Origin: Octopus sinensis
Taxonomy: Eukaryota
Direction: 5' to 3'
DNA: 13,984 nt
Assembly (NCBI RefSeq): GCF_006345805.1
Contig: NW_021825955.1
Coordinates: forward strand, 1-13,984
Below the pieces are notes generated by a model that was not told where the DNA came from, ran no database searches, and worked only from the letters and a program-made list of their open reading frames with translations. Positions 1 to 8,652 of this stretch are shown here, piece after piece. The position numbers and the translations under genes were made by a program. The number at the start of each line of letters is the position of its first letter. The stretch's first letter is position 1.

Positions 1-1330
1 AATTAAGGATTTTGGCAATGCTGGAGATACCAAAGCCCAACTAGGAAATTAGTTGGGGGCAGTTGATAAAAGCCAGTTACTTGAAAGATTTAAAATATGT
101 TGCTTCCAGTATGGTATCTTTCCCAGACTGTAGTGGCCATTTTTGCCTTACGACTTTTCCATGAGGCAATGGAAAAGCTGCGCAGTAAGTTCATGCGAAG
201 TGGTTGGGAGTTACCCCAAATGGTAGTTCAGTCAATCTGTACAGAAAGACCTCTAAGCTCCGCCTGCCAATTTCATACCCGGTGGAAGAATTTAAAGCCA
301 CAAAGGAAAGAACTATCAACACAGTGCTTCTGTCTGAGGATGAGTAAGTTAGACACACCAGTAAGATCATAAAGTGTGGTAGAAAAATGAAACCACAGAA
401 GTTGTGAAGAAAGCAGAAACATACTGGAAACACCAGGAGATTTTTGGAGTAGTCTGTCGGGGACGGCTAGGACTTGACAATTATTGCACTAAAAGGGGGA
501 AAATCACCAATACCGGGAGCAAGTGAGAGTTTATAGTGCAAAGGATCCGTGATTCAACTGAGGAAGACCGCCAGATGAAGCCAGTAGGATTTAACCACTA
601 CCTGGAACGAGGCATTTGAGCGTTCACTGTCCTGAAAGGAACACTGGAGCACTGGCCAAAGTAAATAGTTCTTCCTCGTTTGTACTGTCAGTGACTCAAA
701 CAACCATAAAATATGGAGTAAAGAAAAAGAATCATCTTGCAGGTAGTGCGGAGTTATCCTTTGCATACTGAATCACACTTTGACCGGATTCCCTGGGGCA
801 TTGGAAGAAGGCCGATGCAAGTGGAGACATGACAAAAACCTTGCAGGAATTGCCAAGTAGTCTGACCTGGAAAAGGGTAAAGTCTAATAAACACCAGTCA
901 CTATCCCCAGCACCACCGTGTGGTATCAAATTCCTGAAGGAAGATGATAAAGCTACCAAGGTGAAAGCAATAGTCGCGAACTCGTTTTCGATTTTGCATT
1001 TAGCCTCAGACTGGTAGATGCACGTGGACCAGAAGAGCTGACTTATTTTCAAATAGGAAATAGTAGTAACATGTTCCTTTTCTCCGAGAATATAAAGCAA
1101 TCATTCTGGTCGAACTAAAGGTTCCCTGTGAGGACGGACTTAATATTTACTTCCAGGTAACGAAGTTGAAACATCAAGACTTAGCTGAGGTGGTCCTTGT
1201 CAAGGGCTGACATACGGCCTCATTTCCCATTGATGTCGGCTGCCATGGGTTTTTTTAAAATCTAAAACAGGACAGACCTATCTTCCAACGGAAGATAGGT
1301 ATGTACTGAGGAAAGCTATCAAGCCTTCTT
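1..1330 (+). mobile_element. Decayed non-LTR retrotransposon ORF 3' half, HERO/NeSL-like (late RT/thumb, CCHC zinc knuckle, restriction-like endonuclease); continues off the left edge
   Basis: Hand translation across frameshifts and stops gives DKSQLLERFKICCFQYGIFPRL*WPF (65-142), KWLGVTPNGSSVNLYRKTSKLRLPISYPVEEFK (from 198), EVVKKAETYWKHQEIFGVVCRGRLGL (from 398), C-x2-C-x8-H-x4-[F] knuckle (738-791), WRHD (822-833), VELKVPCED (1109-1135) and PIDVGCHGF (1226-1252). These follow the order of the HERO-type motifs DKS..GKFK..GILPR.LWP, RWLG, GRKW, GR.GLG, CCHC, WRHD, ELTVPWE, PVEVGCRGF as I recall them. Confidence 0.82.
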
Positions 1331-1371
1331 GCAATGTAAGATTTCAGTTGTATTATATTACATTATTATCT

Positions 1372-1682
1372 GTGGAGGTACATGGCCTAGTGGTTAGAGC
1401 AGCGGACTTGCGGTGGAGGGATCGTGGGTTCGAATCTCAGACCGGGCGATGTGTGTGTTTATGAGCAAAAACACCTAAGCTCCACGCGGCTCTGGCAGAA
1501 GGTAATGGCGAACTTCTGCTGATTCTTTCGCCACAACTTTCTCTCACTCTTTCCTCCTGCATCTAGCAGCTCACCTGCGACGGACCGGCGTCCCGTCCAG
1601 ATTGGGAACCTATACGCCAAGGAAACCGGGAAAACCGGCCCTAATGAGCCAGGCGTGGCTCGAGAAGGAACAAGCAAAACAA
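1372..1682 (+). mobile_element. tRNA(Arg-like)-derived SINE, family A, tail type 1 (possibly octopus OR1/OR2-related)
   Basis: A box TGGCCTAGTGG 1383-1393, B box GGTTCGAATCT 1427-1437, (A)AAC-type tail, and a perfect 12-bp TSD ACATTATTATCT at 1360-1371 and 1683-1694. The 5' ~185 nt are homologous to 11479-11665. Confidence 0.9.
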
Positions 1683-2161
1683 ACATTATTATCTAATCTA
1701 AAGTAATTAAAATGGAAGAAAAAATACAAGCTATTACAAAGCGTGATTATATGTTTTTACGGAAGAGTATTTACGGAAATATAGTGACCACTGTTTACAT
1801 GCAGAGCTATAATGCAGACTGATACCACTAATTTCACGGCGTAAAAGGCTAATAGCAATCCAAAGTATCTATATACATATTTGAAATTAAATATGGATCA
1901 ATCAAACAAAAAACAAAAAAAAAACATATGTTAAATGCAGACAAAAGTCAAAGTTCTAAGACAGTAAGAAAATCGGTCTTAATTTTTGACACCATATTTT
2001 TGGTGGCAAAATAATTTTTGACACCAATTAATCCAAGAAACTTAAGAATAACAGATAGTGTTTCATTAAGTTTGTAAATATACAGAAGCAGAGAACTGTT
2101 GCGTAATTTACATCGCCCCCACCCACCTGGATAGATGTAAATACTTATATACACGCACCCC

Positions 2162-2173
<12 letters not shown>

Positions 2174-2202
<29 letters not shown>
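2174..2202. repeat. (TA)n microsatellite
   Basis: Directly visible dinucleotide run. Confidence 0.95.
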
Positions 2203-2206
<4 letters not shown>

Positions 2207-2307
2207 TAAATTAGAGATAAAACCACTATTAGGCAACTCAAACAGTGATAGACATAAATCAAAACAAAAAACAAACAAAAAAAAAATTTAATATAATATA
2301 CAATATA

Positions 2308-2448
2308 TAAGGTTGTCCCAAAAGTTCGTAGAAAGACTTGGAAAATAATGGTCTTTATTTTGAGGAATAATTTTTGTTGTTTTTGTTAGTACTTGGCGAG
2401 TAAAAATTCAATTTTCGCAAGTGTTTACGAACTTTTGGGACAACCTAA
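2308..2448. mobile_element. Tc1/mariner-type MITE (141 bp)
   Basis: 23-bp TIRs T(A/T)AGGTTGTCCCAAAAGTTCGTA (2308-2330 and reverse complement 2426-2448, 1 mismatch), with TA on both sides (2306-2307, 2449-2450). The TIR resembles the Hsmar1/MADE1 terminus TTAGGTTGGTGCAAAAGT. Confidence 0.87.
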
Positions 2449-2451
2449 TAT

Positions 2452-2511
2452 ATTATATTAATTATATTAATTATATTAATTATATTAATTATATTAATTA
2501 TATTAATTATA
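2452..2511. repeat. 9-bp tandem repeat (ATTATATTA)n, about 6.5 units
   Basis: Directly visible, adjacent to the MITE right TSD. Confidence 0.9.
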
Positions 2512-2602
2512 TTTATTTTTTGTTTTTTATGTTTTGGTTTATGTCTATCACCGTTTGAGTTGCCTAATAGTGGTTTTATCTCTAATTTAATTTATATATA
2601 TA

Positions 2603-3047
2603 TAAATTCAACAGTCCAGCATGACGAGATGATTGTATATATGTGTGTGCGTGTGCACGCTGTTTTTTTTTCGAGTGCGACGCATGTATACATATACATA
2701 TATCGGGTTTCAACGCGCCAAAGTAAAGGCATTTGAAAGATATATTCAAATGTAATAGGCTGAACTCCATGCACGCGATATTTCGGTATCGTGTTTGCAT
2801 CTAGTCCAGCAAATTACATTTATAACGGACCATGCTGATGATGGCTGCAGTTTTCCTTGCGGAAAATAACAGCTGAAACTAATTTAGTACATGGGTAATT
2901 ATTTTATTTCGTATATTTTTCACTTGTTTATTGCTATGGTTTTGTGTTGAGTTTGATCTGAGAACATAATCTTTTGTGGTGAATGGCGATTTGACGTCTA
3001 TATCTAGCATGTTGACTGTCCACTTTTCGTGTTCAGTCCTTAATTGG
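2603..3047 (+). mobile_element. Non-coding, TA-flanked, hammerhead-bearing unit (Penelope pLTR-like or retrozyme-like)
   Basis: About 445 bp of complex sequence between TA-rich tracts (2594-2603 and 3048-3068), containing a complete hammerhead fold and no RT or GIY-YIG coding remnant. Boundaries are inferred from the microsatellite edges. Confidence 0.55.
2830..2894 (+). ncRNA. Type I hammerhead ribozyme
   Basis: Stem I CCATG (2830-2834)/CATGG (2890-2894). Core CTGATGA 2835-2841 plus one extra T. Stem II GGCTG (2843-2847)/CAGCT (2870-2874) with inner TTTTCC/GGAAAA hairpin. GAAA 2875-2878. Stem III ACTA-ATT-TAGT (2878-2888). Cleavage triplet GUA, cut after 2889. Confidence 0.87.
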
Positions 3048-3259
3048 TATATACATATATACATATATTTTTTCTACTTTTCTTTATTAGTAAATCTAAT
3101 TGCATTTTGGATATACAATTTTAATATACAGCAGTATTGACATTCTCATTGGTAATGTCTTCCCTGTATATTGCAAAAGTGTTATTCTTTTTCTCCCAAA
3201 TAAATTGCACTTCATAATCAAGGTTCCGGTGAAGCTGTAGGATGCTATTCAATTCGTTC

Positions 3260-3303
3260 AACTAAGAGTGCACAGCATCTCGTAGCAGAAACAGATGTAA
3301 GTT
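3260..3303 (+). pseudogene. Possible decayed type I hammerhead ribozyme
   Basis: AACT/AGTT stem I, AAGA (CTGAAGA lacking CTG), GTGC...GCA(C missing) stem II, GAAA 3288-3291, ACAGATGT (1 change from the palindrome ACAGCTGT), GUA triplet. Needs three edits to restore consensus. Confidence 0.35.
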
Positions 3304-3404
3304 AATAAAGTGCTTAACATAACCATTGGTTTCTCTGTGTCATCTCTTTTTCTTATTCCTATATATATGTATAGACTTATGATCACTGATAGATAAATAA
3401 TAAA

Positions 3405-3448
3405 ACAGCAAGATAGATAGAAAGATAGATAGATAGATAGATAGATAT

Positions 3449-3509
<61 letters not shown>

Positions 3510-3516
3510 GAGATGG

Positions 3517-3547
<31 letters not shown>
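3405..3547. repeat. (GATA)n then (TA)n microsatellites
   Basis: Directly visible. Confidence 0.95.
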
Positions 3548-3549
<2 letters not shown>

Positions 3550-3646
3550 ACGGGAAGCCTTATGAAAATAGACAAAAGACGAAGGCAGGTGGGAAACAAA
3601 CAAACAATTGTATTAGTATGGCGCTCAGGAAATATAAATAAAACAA
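3548..3646 (-). mobile_element. Truncated copy of the hammerhead-bearing element at 12127-12335 (only the part downstream of the cleavage site)
   Basis: About 90% identical by hand alignment to 12124-12221 (TAACGGGAAG...GGCGCTCAGGAA...AAATAAAACAA), with (TA)n on both sides. Confidence 0.88.
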
Positions 3647-3649
3647 ATA

Positions 3650-3689
<40 letters not shown>

Positions 3690-3960
3690 GGAGAGAGATG
3701 AATATAGATATAGATATAGATATAGATATAAATATAGATAGATAGATAGATAGATAGAGACACACATACATAAGTACATATTTGCATACATACATGCACA
3801 CATACTTACATACATGCATACTTACAAACATATATAAATACATACTTACACACTTACATACTTACATACATGCATACATACATACATACATACATACATA
3901 CATACATACATACATACATACATACATACATACATACATGCGTGCATATACATACATAGG
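3647..3960. repeat. Compound microsatellite field (TA)n/(GA)n/(GATATA)n/(GATA)n/(CATA)n
   Basis: Directly visible; source of the YIHT/IYIY ORFs. Confidence 0.95.
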
Positions 3961-4060
3961 ATAGATTAAATGAACCCAAGTAAAACGATCAGAAAAATTC
4001 ATATACGCATATGTGTCACGATTAAAAACTGCACACAAGTATTATCTTACTTCATATATG

Positions 4061-4170
4061 TGCGTGTATATCTGTGTGTATGTGTGTGCATGTGTGTGTG
4101 TATTTATAAATATGTATGTGCATGGATACGTGTGTGTGTGTGTGTGTGTGTACTCATGTATGTATGTATT
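4061..4170. repeat. (TG)n/(TATG)n degenerate microsatellite
   Basis: Directly visible. Confidence 0.9.
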
Positions 4171-4398
4171 GCGGGTGCGTGTTGTATAAATTTGTAAACT
4201 CAATATGATGCACACTTTGCACATTTGGTCTGTGTGCGTCGAAACACGTGCTGCAGCTTGACAACGTGCAGACGCCAATAACTACATATTAATTACTTTC
4301 GAAATACTATTGCCGTATGTCTTTCTCCGCTCTAACTCTCATGACTACTCTGCTCTGAACATCGCCAAATGCAGCTACTGACCCTGTATATCTTCGAA

Positions 4399-6127
4399 CA
4401 CCACCTACACTACTAATACCACCACCACCATCACTGCTACTGCTACTTTTTTTTATTTCACACCTACCATTGCTACCACACACCATCGCCATCACCACCA
4501 TTTCCACCACCGCACCCCTCCGTCACTCCACTGGCACCGCCACTACTACGAGCATCACTCCACAGTCACCGCCAAGACGAGCATCATCATCACCACCACC
4601 ACCACCACCACCACCACATTCACCATCATCACCACCACCACCACTATCACCAGCACCAGCACCACTACCAGCACTACCGCCATCACAACCACCACCGCCA
4701 CCACCAGCAAAATACCACCACCATAACAACCTACACCACCGCCACCACATCACTACCACCACCACCACAACCAAAATCACCACCACCATTGCCACAATCA
4801 ACACCACTACTACCAACACAACCACCACTACCACCACCAAAACCGCCATAACGACGATGACCACTACCATCACCACAATCACCAGGGCACCAACACAACA
4901 GCTACTACCACCACCAACACAACCACCACTTCCACTACCATCACCACCAGCACAACTACCACCGCAGCCACCACTACCACCACCATCAGAACCATCAACA
5001 CCACCACCAGAACCAACACCACCAGCACAACTACACTAACCACCACAATAATCACCATCACCACTACCACCATAACCACTACCATCATCACCACATCCAG
5101 TACCCCACCACCAAAAGCAAGGCCACCACAATTGCCACCGCCATTTTTACCACTACCATCACCATCACTATCACCACCATAATCCGCACCACCACACCAA
5201 CCACCACCTCCACCAACACCACCACAACCATCACCATGACTGCCACTACCACTGCCACCACCATCTTCACCACCAGCAACACCACAACAATCCTCACCAC
5301 CACTACCTCCACCATCATCACCACTTTCACAACCACCACTACCATCTCCACCATCACTACCACCACCACAACCACTACCACTACCACCACAATCATCCCC
5401 ACCACAACCAATACAACCATCACGACTACCACCAACACTACTACCTTCATCACCATTGCCACCAGCTAAACCACTATAACGACCGCCATCACCACAATTA
5501 CTACCACCACCATCACATCACCATAACCATCACCACTACCACAAAACACTAGTACCACCACCATCAGCACCATCACCACAACCATCACCACTACAATCAC
5601 CACCACCATCTTTACCACTACCATTACCACCACCACCATCACCACGACAATCTGCATCACAACATCAATCACCACCACAACCACCACTACCAGCACAACC
5701 ACTATGCCGCCACCACTACCACCACAATTACCACAACCACAGCCACCACCACTACAATCACCACTATCATTACCACTACCACCATCACTACCACAATCCG
5801 CACCACGACACCAACCCTCACCACCACCACCATCACTACCAACACAACCACTGTGCTACCACCACTACCAACACAACCACTGTGCCACCACCACTACCAC
5901 CACAATCACCACAACCATCACCACCATAATCACCACCACTACAACCACCACCATAACCATCACCACCACCATCACCAGAACCAGAACCACCGCCACCACA
6001 AATACCACCACCACCACCACAATCACCACCCCATCACCACCATTAGCATGACCACCTCCGCCACCCCACCACCACAATCACCACCACCATCACCACCACC
6101 AAAACGACAATCACCACCACCACCACA
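4399..6127. repeat. ~1.7-kb degenerate trinucleotide array (ACC/ACT/ATC/ACA)n
   Basis: Continuous CAC/CAT/TAC-type triplets with frequent phase shifts, giving Thr/His/Pro and Val/Met-rich pseudo-ORFs on both strands. Confidence 0.95.
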
Positions 6128-6301
6128 GAAATCTGTGTGAGCACTGACGCCAACGCTGTCGCTCCACAACCTCCAGTCACCCTCGTTTCTCCGGTATACG
6201 ACTACAAATATCAAAGCGTTCGCAACTGCCACAATCACACGCCGCGACAACAACAACAACGTCAGGAAAACAGCAAGCGTTTATAACATCACCATTGAAA
6301 T

Positions 6302-7080
6302 GCGGCGAGCTGGCAGAACCGTTAGCACGCCGGACACTATGCTTAGCAACAGGAAGAGGAGGCTCCTTGCAGTTGTATTGGGCGAGGATGCGGAGCAAGG
6401 GTTGCCCAATCCCTATGCCCGCTATAGAGGTTTTCTATAATGGAAGGCTCTCCTCTCCGGACCCCGAGGTGGATCTCTTCGACTATCCGGCCGCCTCCAA
6501 GGTCGGTAACGGTCCTAAATTCCGCAGAGATCGATTTTGCCTTTCATCCTTTCGAGGTCGATTAATTAAATACCTATTTCTTTACTGCCCACAAGGGGCT
6601 AAACACAGAGAGGACAAAAAAGGACAGACAAACGTATTAAGTCGCTTACATCGACCCCAATGCGGATCTGGCTCTTATTTAATCGACCCCGAAAGGATGA
6701 AAGGCAAAGTCGACCTCGGAGGAATTTCTACTCAGAACGTAGCGGCAGACGAAATACCTATTTCTTTACTACCCACAAGGGGCTAAACACAGAGAGGACA
6801 AAAAAGGACAGACAAACGTATTAAGTCGCTTACATCGACCCCAATGCGTAACCGACACTAATTTAATCGACCCCGAAAGGATGAAAGGCAAAGTCGACCT
6901 CGTGGCGGAATTTGAACTCAGAACGTAGCGGCAGACGAAATACCGCTAAGCATTTCGCCCGGCGTGCTAACATTTCTGCCAGCTCGATTAATTAAATACC
7001 AGAGAAATAATGGAGTCATTGTGATCGACCCATTCCCCCAAAATTTCATGCCTTGTGCCTATAGCAGAAAAGGATTATTA
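6302..7080 (+). mobile_element. Host tRNA-derived SINE, family B (tail type 1), broken into 6302-6350, 6517-6574 and 7001-7080
   Basis: Head GCGGCGAGCTGGCAGAACCGTTAGCACGCCGG matches 13678-13709, and body TTTTGCCTTTCATCCTTTCGAGGTCGATTAATTAAATACC matches 13773-13812. The copy resumes after the duplicated TCGATTAATTAAATACC. Confidence 0.8.
6575..6986 (-). mobile_element. Head-to-tail dimer of SINE family B (5'-truncated unit 6575-6758 plus near-full unit 6759-6986) inserted antisense into the host SINE
   Basis: Both units are reverse-complement matches to 13681-13896. They are flanked by the direct repeat TCGATTAATTAAATACC (6558-6574, 6984-7000), whose first 3 nt overlap the SINE 5' end. Confidence 0.9.
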
Positions 7081-7267
7081 CATCACCACTAACAGGCTAA
7101 ATTTCTCGTGTACCTTCGAGGCTAAAGTGCCCCTAGTACTTAGAATCAGAAGAGCACTCTAATCAACACTGACGATTTCTCATAGTGTTGGTAGCTGCTT
7201 TTATTTCGTCTGTGTGACTTATATTTATTAACGTATTCGCGTATATTGATTGACTCCAGTTTGCTAA

Positions 7268-7665
7268 TCATTATAGATATAAGTGAGGTTATGTGCTGTC
7301 TGTCTCCTACGATTTAGATTCCTAACTACTCCCACATTTTGCGGTGCAGTTTAACCAAAACCGGGTATCTTATAGTCGTGATTCATATCGAGCCCTTCTG
7401 GGTATTAGCGCGCGTCTACGATGAGTCTACGATTTAAAAAAAAATTACCATCAATTTTTCCCCGTTTTTAATGCATTTTTGGCATATATAAGGGAAGTAA
7501 CTCTCTAAAAATTTATTATTAAATCTCAGAACGTAAAAAGCTACAGTAACCCCCCCCCCCTTTGTGGTTAGCCATATTGAGATGGCTATTATACTTTACA
7601 TCTCTAAAAATGCTTATATAGTTATTTCCCTTACAAACCCGAGCAACGCCGGGCGATACTGCTAG
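7268..7665 (+). mobile_element. Non-autonomous Helitron (398 bp)
   Basis: 5' TC after A7267, 3' CTAG (7662-7665) followed by T7666, subterminal GC-rich hairpin CCCG(A)GC-AAC-GCCGGG (7638-7653) 8 nt before CTAG, and no TSD. These are canonical Helitron termini. Confidence 0.78.
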
Positions 7666-8210
7666 TTTAAGATAAAATAAGGCCTTCATGCTGGGCATAA
7701 AATAAATGACCAACAACTCACAACTTTTTTTTTTATATAGTTTTATGTGCGTCCCAAGTATTTTTGTATTCACTCTTCGTTACAAGTTGTTAGAAGCATC
7801 AATAGGCCTCACTGAAAAAAATGAAAGAGAAAAAAAAAATGACTACTTTCTGATCTTTATGCCATGACCCAGTAAACATTGGCCTGATTGAGTCATATAC
7901 TCTTTCACTTCTTATAAAAAAAGAGAGCTAGCATTGGTCGAAAGATTTATCTGTTAATAATACCCATTGCATGTTGTCCCGGGATGCCGTGCTTGATGTT
8001 GTGCAGGAATGCTTTGAAATTGATAACAGGGACTGAGACATCTTCAGAATCTTTTTGCGAGATGACAATGATTATGTGTGGTTACGTTTCTTGCGACCCA
8101 CCCTTTTCTCTTTTCATTCCAGTTACTCAGATTTATCGAGCTGTAGTCGTGGGTCAAACTCAAACTCTTAACTACATCAATGGAATACTTTCATATACAA
8201 ATTAAATATA

Positions 8211-8652
8211 GGCGCAGAAGTGGCTGTGTGGTAAGTAGCTTGTTTACCAGCCACATGGTTCCGGGTTCAGTCCCACTGCGTGGCACCTTGGGCAAGTGTC
8301 TTCTACTATAGCCTCGGGCCGACCAAAGCCTTGTGAGTGGATTTGGTAGACGGGAACTGAAAGAAGCCCGGCGTATATATATATATATATATATATAGAT
8401 ATATATAATATATATATATATATATATGCGTGTGTGTGTTTGTGTGTCTGTGTTTGTCCCCCTAGCATTGCTTGACAACCGATGCTGGTGTGTTTATGTC
8501 CCCGTCACTTAGCGGTTCGGCAAAAGGAACCGATAGAATAAGTACTGGGCTTACAAAAGAATAAGTCCCGGGGTCGAGTTGCTCGATTAAAGGCGGTGCT
8601 CCAGCATGGCCGCAGTCAAATGACTGGAACAAGTAAAAGAGTAAAAGAGAGT
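8211..8652 (+). mobile_element. Full-length tRNA-derived CORE-type SINE, family C, with internal (TA)n/(TG)n
   Basis: A box TGGCTGTGTGG 8221-8231, B box GGTTCAGTCCC 8264-8274, CORE-like GCACCTTGGGCAAGTGTCTT, and (GTAAAAGA)n tail. Homologous to 10685-10984 and 12681-13049. Confidence 0.9.

Larger units (their letters stand above)
2203..2593. repeat. 63-bp inverted repeat pair (2203-2265 / 2531-2593) bounded by (TA)n tracts
   Basis: AAATTAAATTAGAGATAAAACCACTATTAGGCAACTCAAACAGTGATAGACATAAATCAAAAC matches the reverse complement of 2531-2593 with 2 mismatches. Confidence 0.95.

Noticed and set aside
1276-1300. Perfect 11-bp hairpin ACCTATCTTCC-AAC-GGAAGATAGGT
   Set aside because: It lies inside the decayed HERO C-terminal coding region (FQRKIG...LRKAIK), with no U-tract or other context. 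Probably chance or a local template switch.
1374-1440. Functional tRNA-Arg gene (also 11481-11546, 8211-8275, 13677-13761)
   Set aside because: A and B boxes are present, but there is no acceptor-stem closure or Pol III terminator, and each continues into a multi-copy SINE body.
2452-2511. CRISPR-like array (also the duplicated units at 6575-6986)
   Set aside because: No unique spacers and a eukaryotic context; these are a simple tandem repeat and a SINE dimer.
4200-4256. Hammerhead-like: 9-bp stem GATGCACAC/GTGTGCGTC followed by GAAAC and the palindrome CACGTG
   Set aside because: No CTGANGA core upstream (CTCAATA), A15.1 faces C rather than U, and there is no stem I.
4470-6140. Mucin-like or proline-rich extracellular protein exon
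   Set aside because: The triplet phase shifts repeatedly, equally long ORFs occur on both strands, and no splice signals or non-repetitive domain are present.
7164-7190. CTGACGA inside a CAACACT/AGTGTTG hairpin
   Set aside because: No GAAA or stem III follows, and the topology is incompatible with a hammerhead.
7938-8171. Possible BEL/Pao RT fragment (DNRD*DIFRIFLRDDNDYVWLRFLR) or an exon after TTTTCTCTTTTCATTCCAG (8104-8122)
   Set aside because: The similarity is to a few residues only and aligns ambiguously, and there is no good donor site for the exon. It needs blastx to decide.
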